Source: Acutalibacteraceae bacterium (GTDB lineage Bacteria; Bacillota; Clostridia; Oscillospirales; Acutalibacteraceae). Taken from it: 64,000 bases of DNA. The translations under genes and the position numbers were made by a program. Below the pieces are notes generated by a model. The model made no database searches, had not been told where the DNA came from, and saw only the letters and a program-made list of their open reading frames with translations. Positions 57,075-64,000 of this stretch are shown here, piece by piece. The first letter of the stretch is position 1. Each line of letters begins with the position of its first letter. The stretch covers positions 2,352 to 66,351 of the forward strand of contig JAZRTO010000047.1 of NCBI GenBank assembly GCA_045652065.1. The letters run 5' to 3'.

Positions 57075-58445
57075 ATGGAAAAGAAACTTACCAAAAAGAC
57101 CTGGTTTAATATTATCCTTTTCAGCTTGACCGGTCAGCTTGCATGGAATGTTGAAAACATGTGCTTTAACGTGTTTATGTATAACTCGATTTATGCTGAT
57201 GCTACTCAAGAAGCTGCTTCAAAATTTGAAGCAATGTCGGCAGTTAATACAATGGTTGCCTGCTCTGCAATTATTGCCGTGCTTACCACCTTCATTATGG
57301 GTAATCTCAGTGATAAATTCAGAAACAGACGTCTGTTTATCTCAATAGGCTATATTGCCTGGGGTATTGTTACCGGTCTTTTCGGTTTTATTACAAAAGA
57401 TAATATCGCTTCTCTTACCGGACTCACGGATGAAGTAAGCCTTCTTCTTGCAAGTGTATGGGCAGTTATTATTATGGACTGCATAATGACCGCAATGGGT
57501 TCAACCAGTAATGACTCTGCCTTTAATGCATGGGTAACGGATATTACAACTCCCTCGGTAAGACCCAAGGTTGAAACACTTCTTGCTGTTCTTCCCCTTG
57601 TTGCCACTGTTGTTGTGCTCGGCTTCAATACTCTTGCTCAGTCCGGCACAATTTCCTATACCACATTCTTTATCGGTCTTGGTGTATTTGTTATTCTCTG
57701 CGGTGTCCTGGGCTTGTTTATTCTTGAAGAGCCTAAGTCCAAGAGTCCCGAAAATGAGAAGATTCCTTACTTTAAGAATCTTGTATATACCTTCCGTCCT
57801 TCTGTTATCAAGGAAAACAGCCGTCTTTATCTTGCACTTGCCGCTTTATGTTGTTTAAGCGTTGCTTTCCAGACCTTCTTCCCCTATTTCTTCATTTACA
57901 TTCAGCACGCACTTCTTCCCGGACTTGAAAACTTCAAGCTTACCGCACTTCCCATTATTGCGGTTGTTATCGGTATTGCTGTTTCCGTGGCAGTTGCAAT
58001 TGTGTTTATGAAAATGGCAGCAAAGGACAAAAAATCTATTTTCGTTCCCAGTATAGTATTTGTTTTTGCAGGTCTTATGGGTGCTACGTTTGCAGGAAAT
58101 AACATTTTCTACTTTATTGCATTTGCACTTCCCGCAGTTGTTGCATATTTCATTTTCTCAATTCAGCTGGGTGCTTTGGTAAGAGACTTCACCCCCGAAG
58201 GCAAAGCAGGACTTTTCCAGGGTGTCAGAATGATTTTCGTTGTACTTATTCCTATGGTCATCGGTCCCAAGCTTGGTGAAATTGCAAGTAAGGGTTCGCA
58301 GATTTATTATGAAAATGAGGTTCATGTACAGAAGCTTCTTCCCTCTGCAAGTATGTTCGCATATGCTGCAGTTGCTGCTGCAGTAGCACTTATTCCCCTT
58401 ATCATCCTTATGAAAAAGGGAATTGAAGTAAAAGCAGAAAAGTAA
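57075..58445 (+). CDS. MFS transporter
   Basis: About 12 TM helices. GGAGG SD. It starts 28 nt after the GH3 paralogue. Confidence 0.8.
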   Translation: MEKKLTKKTWFNIILFSLTGQLAWNVENMCFNVFMYNSIYADATQEAASKFEAMSAVNTMVACSAIIAVLTTFIMGNLSDKFRNRRLFISIGYIAWGIVTGLFGFITKDNIASLTGLTDEVSLLLASVWAVIIMDCIMTAMGSTSNDSAFNAWVTDITTPSVRPKVETLLAVLPLVATVVVLGFNTLAQSGTISYTTFFIGLGVFVILCGVLGLFILEEPKSKSPENEKIPYFKNLVYTFRPSVIKENSRLYLALAALCCLSVAFQTFFPYFFIYIQHALLPGLENFKLTALPIIAVVIGIAVSVAVAIVFMKMAAKDKKSIFVPSIVFVFAGLMGATFAGNNIFYFIAFALPAVVAYFIFSIQLGALVRDFTPEGKAGLFQGVRMIFVVLIPMVIGPKLGEIASKGSQIYYENEVHVQKLLPSASMFAYAAVAAAVALIPLIILMKKGIEVKAEK

Positions 58446-58453
58446 ATACTTTT

Positions 58454-58485
58454 TGCAGGATATCTTCGGATGTCCTGCATTTTTG
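58454..58485 (+). terminator. Rho-independent terminator
   Basis: 11-bp stem TGCAGGATATC/GATGTCCTGCA followed by TTTTT. Confidence 0.65.
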
Positions 58486-58525
58486 CATTTTATATGAACA
58501 CTTTTGAACTATGGAAAGGAAACTG

Positions 58526-58554
58526 TTGACAAAAATATATATAAGTCTTAGAAT
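58526..58554 (+). promoter_or_regulatory. Sigma-A type promoter
   Basis: TTGACA at 58526-58531, a 17-nt spacer, and TAGAAT at 58549-58554. Confidence 0.5.
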
Positions 58555-58560
58555 AATAAA

Positions 58561-58723
58561 AAGATACAAGGAAAGGCAGGCGGACAAAATGTCAATGATG
58601 GTCGTGGTTACAAGTCGGAGAGTGTTTTTGTCTGTTTGCGATTAAGTTTGTTATATTTTACGCGAACACAAAGGCATCTCCGTATTTTGGAGGTGCCGAT
58701 TTTGTTTTTTAGGAGAAATTGTT
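58561..58723 (+). promoter_or_regulatory. Structured leader with an 18-codon sORF and an intrinsic terminator (attenuator/riboswitch candidate)
   Basis: sORF at 58589..58645 (MSMMVVVTSRRVFLSVCD). Internal hairpin UGUUUGCG/CGCGAACA. Terminator GGCATCTCC/GGAGGTGCC at 58673-58697 with a U-run to 58710. The AGGAG SD of the GNAT gene starts at 58711. Confidence 0.4.
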
Positions 58724-59275
58724 ATGATATTTGAAGAAAAGAAAGTTGTATTGAAAAATGGAGTGGAGGCTATATTAAAAACTCCTGAAATTTCTGATGC
58801 AGCAGAGCTTATTGATTTAATGGCTGCTGTAAGTGGTGAAACTGAGTTTCTTGTAAGATATAAAGAAGAGTGGGAAATCGTTACCGTAGAGGGCGAAGAA
58901 AGTTGGGTTAGAGGTGTCCGTGAATCGAAAAACTCATTTGTGTTGATTTGTCGGATAAATGATGAAATTGCAGGTATATGCGATGTCACATTCAAAACAG
59001 GTATGAAAACCTGCCATAGAGCATCGGTAGGAATTGCACTTCGCCAGAAATACTGGAATTTAGGGTTAGGCTCTGCTATGTTCCTTGAACTGATAAATAC
59101 CGCAACTGAGCGTGGAGGAATAGATTTTATTGAGCTGGAATTTACCAAAGGTAACGAAAGAGCAAAAGCACTCTATGAAAAATTTGGTTTTGAAATTGTG
59201 TCCGAAAAGCCAAACGTATATAAGCTTAAAGACGGTACATATCAGAGTATCATTTATATGCAGAAAATTTTATAA
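58724..59275 (+). CDS. GNAT family N-acetyltransferase
   Basis: RQKYWNLGLGSAMF acetyl-CoA motif and ALYEKFGFE. Confidence 0.8.
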   Translation: MIFEEKKVVLKNGVEAILKTPEISDAAELIDLMAAVSGETEFLVRYKEEWEIVTVEGEESWVRGVRESKNSFVLICRINDEIAGICDVTFKTGMKTCHRASVGIALRQKYWNLGLGSAMFLELINTATERGGIDFIELEFTKGNERAKALYEKFGFEIVSEKPNVYKLKDGTYQSIIYMQKIL

Positions 59276-59288
59276 AGTGAGAAAAAAT

Positions 59289-60029
59289 ATGAGCACGCAG
59301 AATATTTTTGACAATCAAATATTTTTTGACGGCTATAAAGCCTTGAGAGACGGGGACTGCAACGCAAATGATTTAATAGAACAGCCTGCAATGCGAAAGC
59401 TTCTCCCTGATTTATCAGGCAAATCGGTTCTTGATTTGGGCTGCGGTTACGGGCATAACTGTATTGATTTTTTAACCCGCGGAGCCGAGAGGGTTGTTGG
59501 CATCGATATTTCGGAAAAGATGCTTTCGGTAGCAAAAAGAGAATCAGTACACGAAAAAATCCGATATATAAATATGAGTATGACCGATATCGGGAAGCTG
59601 AACGAAAAATTTGATTTTATGTACAGCTCACTTGCTTTTCATTATGTAAAAGATTTTGAAAATTTTTCAAAAGAAATGTATTCCGCATTAAATCTCGGCG
59701 GAAGATTACTGTTTTCTCAGGAGCACCCTATTATCACCGCAACCGTTGACGGAAAAGGACATTTTAATAAGGATGAAAACGGCAACCGCATATCTTATAC
59801 CTTTTCGGACTACAATCGCTCAGGTGAAAGAAGGGTACATTGGTACGTTGATGGTGTGATAAAGTATCACAGAACTTTCAGTGATATTATAACTGCCCTT
59901 GCCAAAGCAGGATTTGTAGTTGAAGAAATCTGTGAGCCAACGCCGGAGGAGTGGGCAATTGAAAAGCTCCCTACAATGGCAAAGGAATATATAAAACCTA
60001 ACTTTTTAATAGTAAAAGCGAGAAAGTAA
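59289..60029 (+). CDS. Class I SAM-dependent methyltransferase
   Basis: VLDLGCGYG motif I. The ATG at 59289 is preferred because the long track extension from 59130 overlaps the GNAT gene. Confidence 0.8.
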   Translation: MSTQNIFDNQIFFDGYKALRDGDCNANDLIEQPAMRKLLPDLSGKSVLDLGCGYGHNCIDFLTRGAERVVGIDISEKMLSVAKRESVHEKIRYINMSMTDIGKLNEKFDFMYSSLAFHYVKDFENFSKEMYSALNLGGRLLFSQEHPIITATVDGKGHFNKDENGNRISYTFSDYNRSGERRVHWYVDGVIKYHRTFSDIITALAKAGFVVEEICEPTPEEWAIEKLPTMAKEYIKPNFLIVKARK

Positions 60030-60054
60030 AGAGGTGTTTTTTTTGCAAAAAGAA

Positions 60055-60543
60055 ATGAAACAAATCAGTTTTAAGAAAATAAATAAAGAAGAATTCCGTG
60101 TATATTCAAAGTGGTCGGTAAAGGTTTATGCAGAGCATTTGGTTAAAGCAGGTGATGAAAAATTCAGATTTAAAGCCCGCAAAGCTGCAAAAAGCGAATT
60201 TAATGATATTTTCCCCGACGGAGCCGATTCCGCTGACAATTATCTTTATGTTGTAATAAATGAAAAAGGTGAAAAAATCGGTGTCATAGGTTATAATAAA
60301 AGTCCCTTTGAAGAAAATGCAGCATTTGTTACTGAGAATGTTATAAAAGAGGAGTATCGTGGAAAAGGCTATGGTAAAAGTACTTTTGTAAAGCTTCAGG
60401 AGGATGCCAAAGAAAAAGGCTTTGAGAAAATGGTTTTGAATTGTTTCAAGCATACTCCCGTATCTTTTGCGATGTACGAGAAAAACGGATTTAACGTAAT
60501 AGAAGATTACGGCGGAAGCGTAATAATGGAGAAGTTTTTATAG
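60055..60543 (+). CDS. GNAT family N-acetyltransferase
   Basis: YRGKGYGKSTF acetyl-CoA motif and MYEKNGF. The start is uncertain (60034 or 60055). Confidence 0.7.
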   Translation: MKQISFKKINKEEFRVYSKWSVKVYAEHLVKAGDEKFRFKARKAAKSEFNDIFPDGADSADNYLYVVINEKGEKIGVIGYNKSPFEENAAFVTENVIKEEYRGKGYGKSTFVKLQEDAKEKGFEKMVLNCFKHTPVSFAMYEKNGFNVIEDYGGSVIMEKFL

Positions 60544-60553
60544 GTTTGTAAAT

Positions 60554-61051
60554 ATGAAAAAAGTTATTGTAATAGGTTGTCCCGGAAGTGGTAAAAGCAC
60601 ATTTTCAAGGCAGCTAAGTGAACTGACCGGGCTTCCTTTGTATCACCTTGATTTGTTATATTGGAACAGCGACAGAACAACTGTGAGTAAAGAGGTTTTC
60701 CGTGAAAGATTGCAGAAGGTGCTTTCTCGCGAAAAATGGATAATTGACGGAAATTACGGCTCTACAATGGAAATGAGAATGGCAGAATGCGATACGGTTT
60801 TCTTTCTTGATTTTCCTCTTGAAGTCTGCATTGAGGGCATTCGGCAGCGGCAAGGAAAACCGCGTCCCGATATGCCTTGGATAGAAACAGAAGACGACGA
60901 AGAATTTCTTGAATTTATTAAAAATTTTGAAAAAGAAAGTAAGCCGAAAATACTCCGATTGTTGCAAAAGTACAAAGAAAAGGATATTATTATATTAAAA
61001 AGCCGTGAAGAGGCTGATAAGCTTATAAGCAGTTTAAGTAAATGTTATTGA
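60554..61051 (+). CDS. P-loop kinase (adenylate kinase/topology-modulation FlaR-like)
   Basis: VIGCPGSGKSTFSRQL Walker A and WIIDGNY. Confidence 0.7.
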   Translation: MKKVIVIGCPGSGKSTFSRQLSELTGLPLYHLDLLYWNSDRTTVSKEVFRERLQKVLSREKWIIDGNYGSTMEMRMAECDTVFFLDFPLEVCIEGIRQRQGKPRPDMPWIETEDDEEFLEFIKNFEKESKPKILRLLQKYKEKDIIILKSREEADKLISSLSKCY

Positions 61052-61063
61052 AGGAGAAACAGT

Positions 61064-61648
61064 ATGCTTGTTTTCACTATGACTTTTTGTGTAATTATTT
61101 TAATGATTTACATACTTGATAATTTTATAATAATTCCGAAAGCAGAAAACATAACACTTAAAGAAAAGCTGTGGGCAGGACACAACAAAGGCTACATAAA
61201 TCACGCTCTGCATCTGTCCGAAAAGAAAATCAAAAAAGGACAGTTATGGCGTCTTGTTTCATCTTCGCTTCTTCACGTCGGTACAGTGCATATTGTTTTT
61301 AATATAACAGCAATCCTCATTTTAGGATGGGCAGTTGAATCACAGCTCGGTGCAGTAAAAACCGCACTTTGCTTTGTTGGCTCTGCGGTTGTTTCCGGAC
61401 TTTTTATGGCATTTATTTATAAGCTTCAGGAGGGTGAAGGTGCTTCTCCGGGAATTTACGGTCTTGTTGCTGTATTTGTTATTCTCGCTGTCAAAAACGG
61501 TACTGTTTTCTTTTCACCAGTACCGTGGGCAGCATTGATAGCTTTAGCATTTTATACAATCAGCGGAATGTTTATGGGAAAGACAACCGCTTTTGAACAT
61601 ATATCCGGATTTATCGGCGGCCTTCTGATGGGGTTTATTTTGATATAA
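61064..61648 (+). CDS. Rhomboid family intramembrane serine protease
   Basis: WRLVSSSLLH, GASPGIYG (catalytic Ser region) and EHISGFIGG (catalytic His region). Confidence 0.75.
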   Translation: MLVFTMTFCVIILMIYILDNFIIIPKAENITLKEKLWAGHNKGYINHALHLSEKKIKKGQLWRLVSSSLLHVGTVHIVFNITAILILGWAVESQLGAVKTALCFVGSAVVSGLFMAFIYKLQEGEGASPGIYGLVAVFVILAVKNGTVFFSPVPWAALIALAFYTISGMFMGKTTAFEHISGFIGGLLMGFILI

Positions 61649-61683
61649 TCTGATATTGTGAGAATAAGATAAGGAGAAGTTGT

Positions 61684-63456
61684 ATGCTCAGAAGCCATAT
61701 TGAATACAGTAACGGAAAGCCGTTTGTGTCCATAAATAATGAATTGTATTATCCTCTTGCATACACCTCATACTTTGAAGAATGCGGGGAGTTTTCCGAT
61801 TTCATAAAAAGCGGATACAGAATGTTTTTTATAAATGTTTCGTTTTCAGCTTTGCCCATTAATAACGGTACAGGATTCAGCCCGTTTCTTACGGGTGTGT
61901 TTGAGAATGAAGCTCCCGATTACAGCGAATTTGACAGCCGTGTCAATGAAATACTCCGTGAGTGTCCCGATGCATTTATTTTCCCCCGTATAAATATTGC
62001 AATGCCACGAAAGTGGATACGGGAAAACAAAGAAGAATGTGTAGAAACTCCTTCGGGAATGAGAGAATCTCTTTACTCCGATAAATTCTTAAGAGACGGT
62101 GCAGAAATGCTTCGTACTCTCGTTTCACATATAAGAGCGACAGATTACTCTGACAGAATCGCAGGATATCAGCTTTGCGGCGGTACAACACAGGAATGGT
62201 TTCATCATGACCTTTCAGGGTCATTTTCAGAAAAGGGACTTAATAAATTCCGCATTTGGATAAAAGACAGATATAATATAACAGATGTTCCCGTATTTAC
62301 TAAGGATGATTTGGGCAAAGAAAGCTTAAGTGAACCGGTAAGGTATTTCAGTGAATTCTCAAGTGAAATGGCAGCGAAAACCGCGGAGCATTTTGCAAGA
62401 GTTCTAAAGGAATATATTCGCGGTGAGCAGATTGTCGGAGTATTCTATGGCTATAATGTTTTTCTCAATGACAGCCTGTGGGGACATCACGGTTTGAGGT
62501 TTATTGTTGATTCACCCTATATAGATTTCTTTTCTTCCCCGTGCGGATATGATGACGGCAGACGGCTTGGTATTGACTGGAGTGATATGCTCCCTACGGC
62601 TTCTCTCAAAAACCATAATAAGCTTTATTTTGTTGAGTGCGATATAAGAACTCATCTAACCCGAAGGATGCAGGATGCACGTCCCGGGAAATATCCCGAA
62701 GATATATATCAGCAGATTGACAGCGGCGGCAATAAAACCGTATGGTCGGGTCCTGAAACAAAGGAGCTGTCACTTTCGGCTATAAGAAAAGCCTTTGCTC
62801 ATCAGCTGACAAAGGGCTCGGGAATATGGTGGTTTGATATGTGGGGCGGATGGTATCACGATGATGATATTATGAATGAGCTCAGTGAAATGAAGGATAT
62901 TGCCGAGGCTTCACGGAATAAAAAAACGGATATATTCCCCAAAGCCGAAACGGTTATTTTTATAGATGAAAAGGCATATTTTGGCAGTACCCGTTGCCAT
63001 TCTGTCAATATTATCCGAAGCAATATGGGGAATACGGGAATCCCATTCGATTTCTGTATGGTTGAAGATGCCGAAAAAGTTATAGGTAAATATAAAACGG
63101 CAATATTTACAGCACCCGTTTCGTCAAAAACAGGGGAGAATGCAAAAAAACTCTGTGAAGCACTTAATATGCCATATATAGGAACAAGTCCCGTAAAGCC
63201 GTATTTTACCAGAGAAGAGCTTGTTGAATTTCTTATTACTTCAGGCGTTCATTGTTATAACAGTGATGGAAATGTTATTTACAGCGGAAACGGATATCTT
63301 GGTATTCATACTGCAAAAGACGGAAATGTAAAAATCACTTTACCCCGTAAATATAAAATAAAACCGCTTCTCGGAGTAGATTTTACATCGGAAGAAGCTG
63401 ACAGCTTTGAAATATATCTGAATAAACACGATACAGCTGTTTTTGAATTGATTTGA
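61684..63456 (+). CDS. Cytoplasmic protein of unknown function (possible TIM-barrel glycosidase-like)
   Basis: 590 aa with no signal peptide. It has only a loose resemblance to GH42-like N-terminal barrels. The family is not recognised. Confidence 0.4.
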   Translation: MLRSHIEYSNGKPFVSINNELYYPLAYTSYFEECGEFSDFIKSGYRMFFINVSFSALPINNGTGFSPFLTGVFENEAPDYSEFDSRVNEILRECPDAFIFPRINIAMPRKWIRENKEECVETPSGMRESLYSDKFLRDGAEMLRTLVSHIRATDYSDRIAGYQLCGGTTQEWFHHDLSGSFSEKGLNKFRIWIKDRYNITDVPVFTKDDLGKESLSEPVRYFSEFSSEMAAKTAEHFARVLKEYIRGEQIVGVFYGYNVFLNDSLWGHHGLRFIVDSPYIDFFSSPCGYDDGRRLGIDWSDMLPTASLKNHNKLYFVECDIRTHLTRRMQDARPGKYPEDIYQQIDSGGNKTVWSGPETKELSLSAIRKAFAHQLTKGSGIWWFDMWGGWYHDDDIMNELSEMKDIAEASRNKKTDIFPKAETVIFIDEKAYFGSTRCHSVNIIRSNMGNTGIPFDFCMVEDAEKVIGKYKTAIFTAPVSSKTGENAKKLCEALNMPYIGTSPVKPYFTREELVEFLITSGVHCYNSDGNVIYSGNGYLGIHTAKDGNVKITLPRKYKIKPLLGVDFTSEEADSFEIYLNKHDTAVFELI

Positions 63457-63460
63457 TGAA

Positions 63461-63495
63461 AAATTCCCCTCCCGGTTTTTTCGGGAGGGGAAATG
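63461..63495. terminator. Bidirectional terminator
   Basis: 11-bp stem TTCCCCTCCCG/CGGGAGGGGAA with a T-rich loop, between convergent genes. Confidence 0.7.
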
Positions 63496-63506
63496 TTGTA
63501 TTCAGA

Positions 63507-64000
63507 TTACTTTACTTCTGCAATAAGTGCTTCAAAAGCCTTTGTAACTGCAGAACCTGACTTTGTTGAAGAAGCATTGATTTCTTCATTTTCTGTGAAC
63601 ATTGAGTGAATGTCGTTGTCAGGAAGAATGTAGCCTATCTGGTCGTTGCTGAGACCGAAGCAGAGAAGCTTATCGATCTTTGCTGTGTCCTTCATTGAGT
63701 CATAATCCCAGGTATCGTGTGTCCAGCTCTTGTCAGCGCCAACAACACCGCCCCAGAGAATTTCGGGAGAAATTTCACCGGGAATCAGAGCGATACCGAC
63801 CTTATTACCAAGCTCAATGTAGCCGACTTCGGAGATGATATTGTAACCGAGACCGTCCTTTGTAATAACGCTGTTAATGAGACCTTCTCTTACAACAAGG
63901 GTAAGAATCTGGTTGTCGGTTTCAATTGTAACTTCTTTTACTGCAACATTAAGAACGGGGTCAAGTTCAATTTCGTTTTCAATAGCAATAGCTTTCTTTG
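63507..64000 (-). CDS. Hypothetical protein, C-terminal fragment (gene continues beyond the window)
   Basis: The minus-strand frame is open from 64000 to the stop at 63507 (...ALIPGEISPEILWGG...LSNDQIGYILPDND...AEVK*). The ATG at 63695 in the track is internal. Confidence 0.6.
   Translation of the reverse strand, partial: KKAIAIENEIELDPVLNVAVKEVTIETDNQILTLVVREGLINSVITKDGLGYNIISEVGYIELGNKVGIALIPGEISPEILWGGVVGADKSWTHDTWDYDSMKDTAKIDKLLCFGLSNDQIGYILPDNDIHSMFTENEEINASSTKSGSAVTKAFEALIAEVK

Noticed and set aside
58561-58723. T-box or ykkC/guanidine-type riboswitch assignment for the GNAT leader.
   Set aside because: GGUCGUGGUUAC and GGCGGACAAAA only loosely resemble T-box and ykkC elements, and they are in the wrong order or position relative to the terminator. 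I kept the region as an unclassified leader.
1-64000. Search for mobile elements, prophage remnants, tRNA/rRNA genes and known defence systems (restriction-modification, CBASS, Abi, toxin-antitoxin pairs).
   Set aside because: I recognised no transposase, integrase, recombinase, nuclease/helicase defence signature, tRNA-like cloverleaf or long terminal inverted repeat by eye. A dedicated scan (tRNAscan, ISfinder, DefenseFinder) would be needed for certainty.

Overview
This is a 64 kb chromosomal segment from what looks like a low-GC Gram-positive anaerobe. The Clostridia-like signals are the rnfCDGEAB gene order, GGAGG-type Shine-Dalgarno sites, TTGACA/TATAAT promoters and hairpin-plus-U-run terminators. 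I support about 57 protein-coding genes. I found no rRNA, tRNA, CRISPR array, transposase, integrase or phage gene. All calls rest on motif recognition by eye, since no searches were run.

Contents, left to right:
- 0-5 kb: a membrane-anchored alkaline-phosphatase-family enzyme, XRE and DeoR regulators, and a GH31 glycosidase.
- 5-8.3 kb: a candidate cobalamin riboswitch controlling a DUF4430 lipoprotein and an ECF S-component-like gene. A second structured leader follows, controlling another S component and a two-domain uridine-kinase-like protein.
- 8.4-17.6 kb: a complete rnfCDGEAB operon whose RnfG is double length. It is followed by a NusG-II protein, a Gx transporter, a tandem-duplicated lipoprotein, ApbE flavin transferase and a DUF1622 protein.
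- 17.8-64 kb: an accessory-looking mosaic rich in glycan-active enzymes (GH36-like, GH38, GH29, GH30, GH99-like and DUF4838). It also carries a MurQ/kinase pair, a 1716-aa repeat-rich surface protein, an HTH-desulfoferrodoxin fusion and two TraX paralogues. Other genes here are a frameshifted vWA gene, several GNAT acetyltransferases and P-loop kinases, a rhomboid protease, and MFS, GPH and DMT transporters.

The three candidates I rate highest for undescribed biology are:
1. The post-rnf flavinylation module, with a lipoprotein carrying two divergent FMN_bind-like repeats whose modification motif reads AGCT rather than SGAT.
2. Two Gretchen-Hagen-3 (GH3) acyl-acid amido synthetase paralogues. 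One is co-transcribed with a fucosidase and a standalone condensation-like HxxxDG acyltransferase, and the other with an MFS transporter.
3. Two unclassified terminator-containing leader RNAs.
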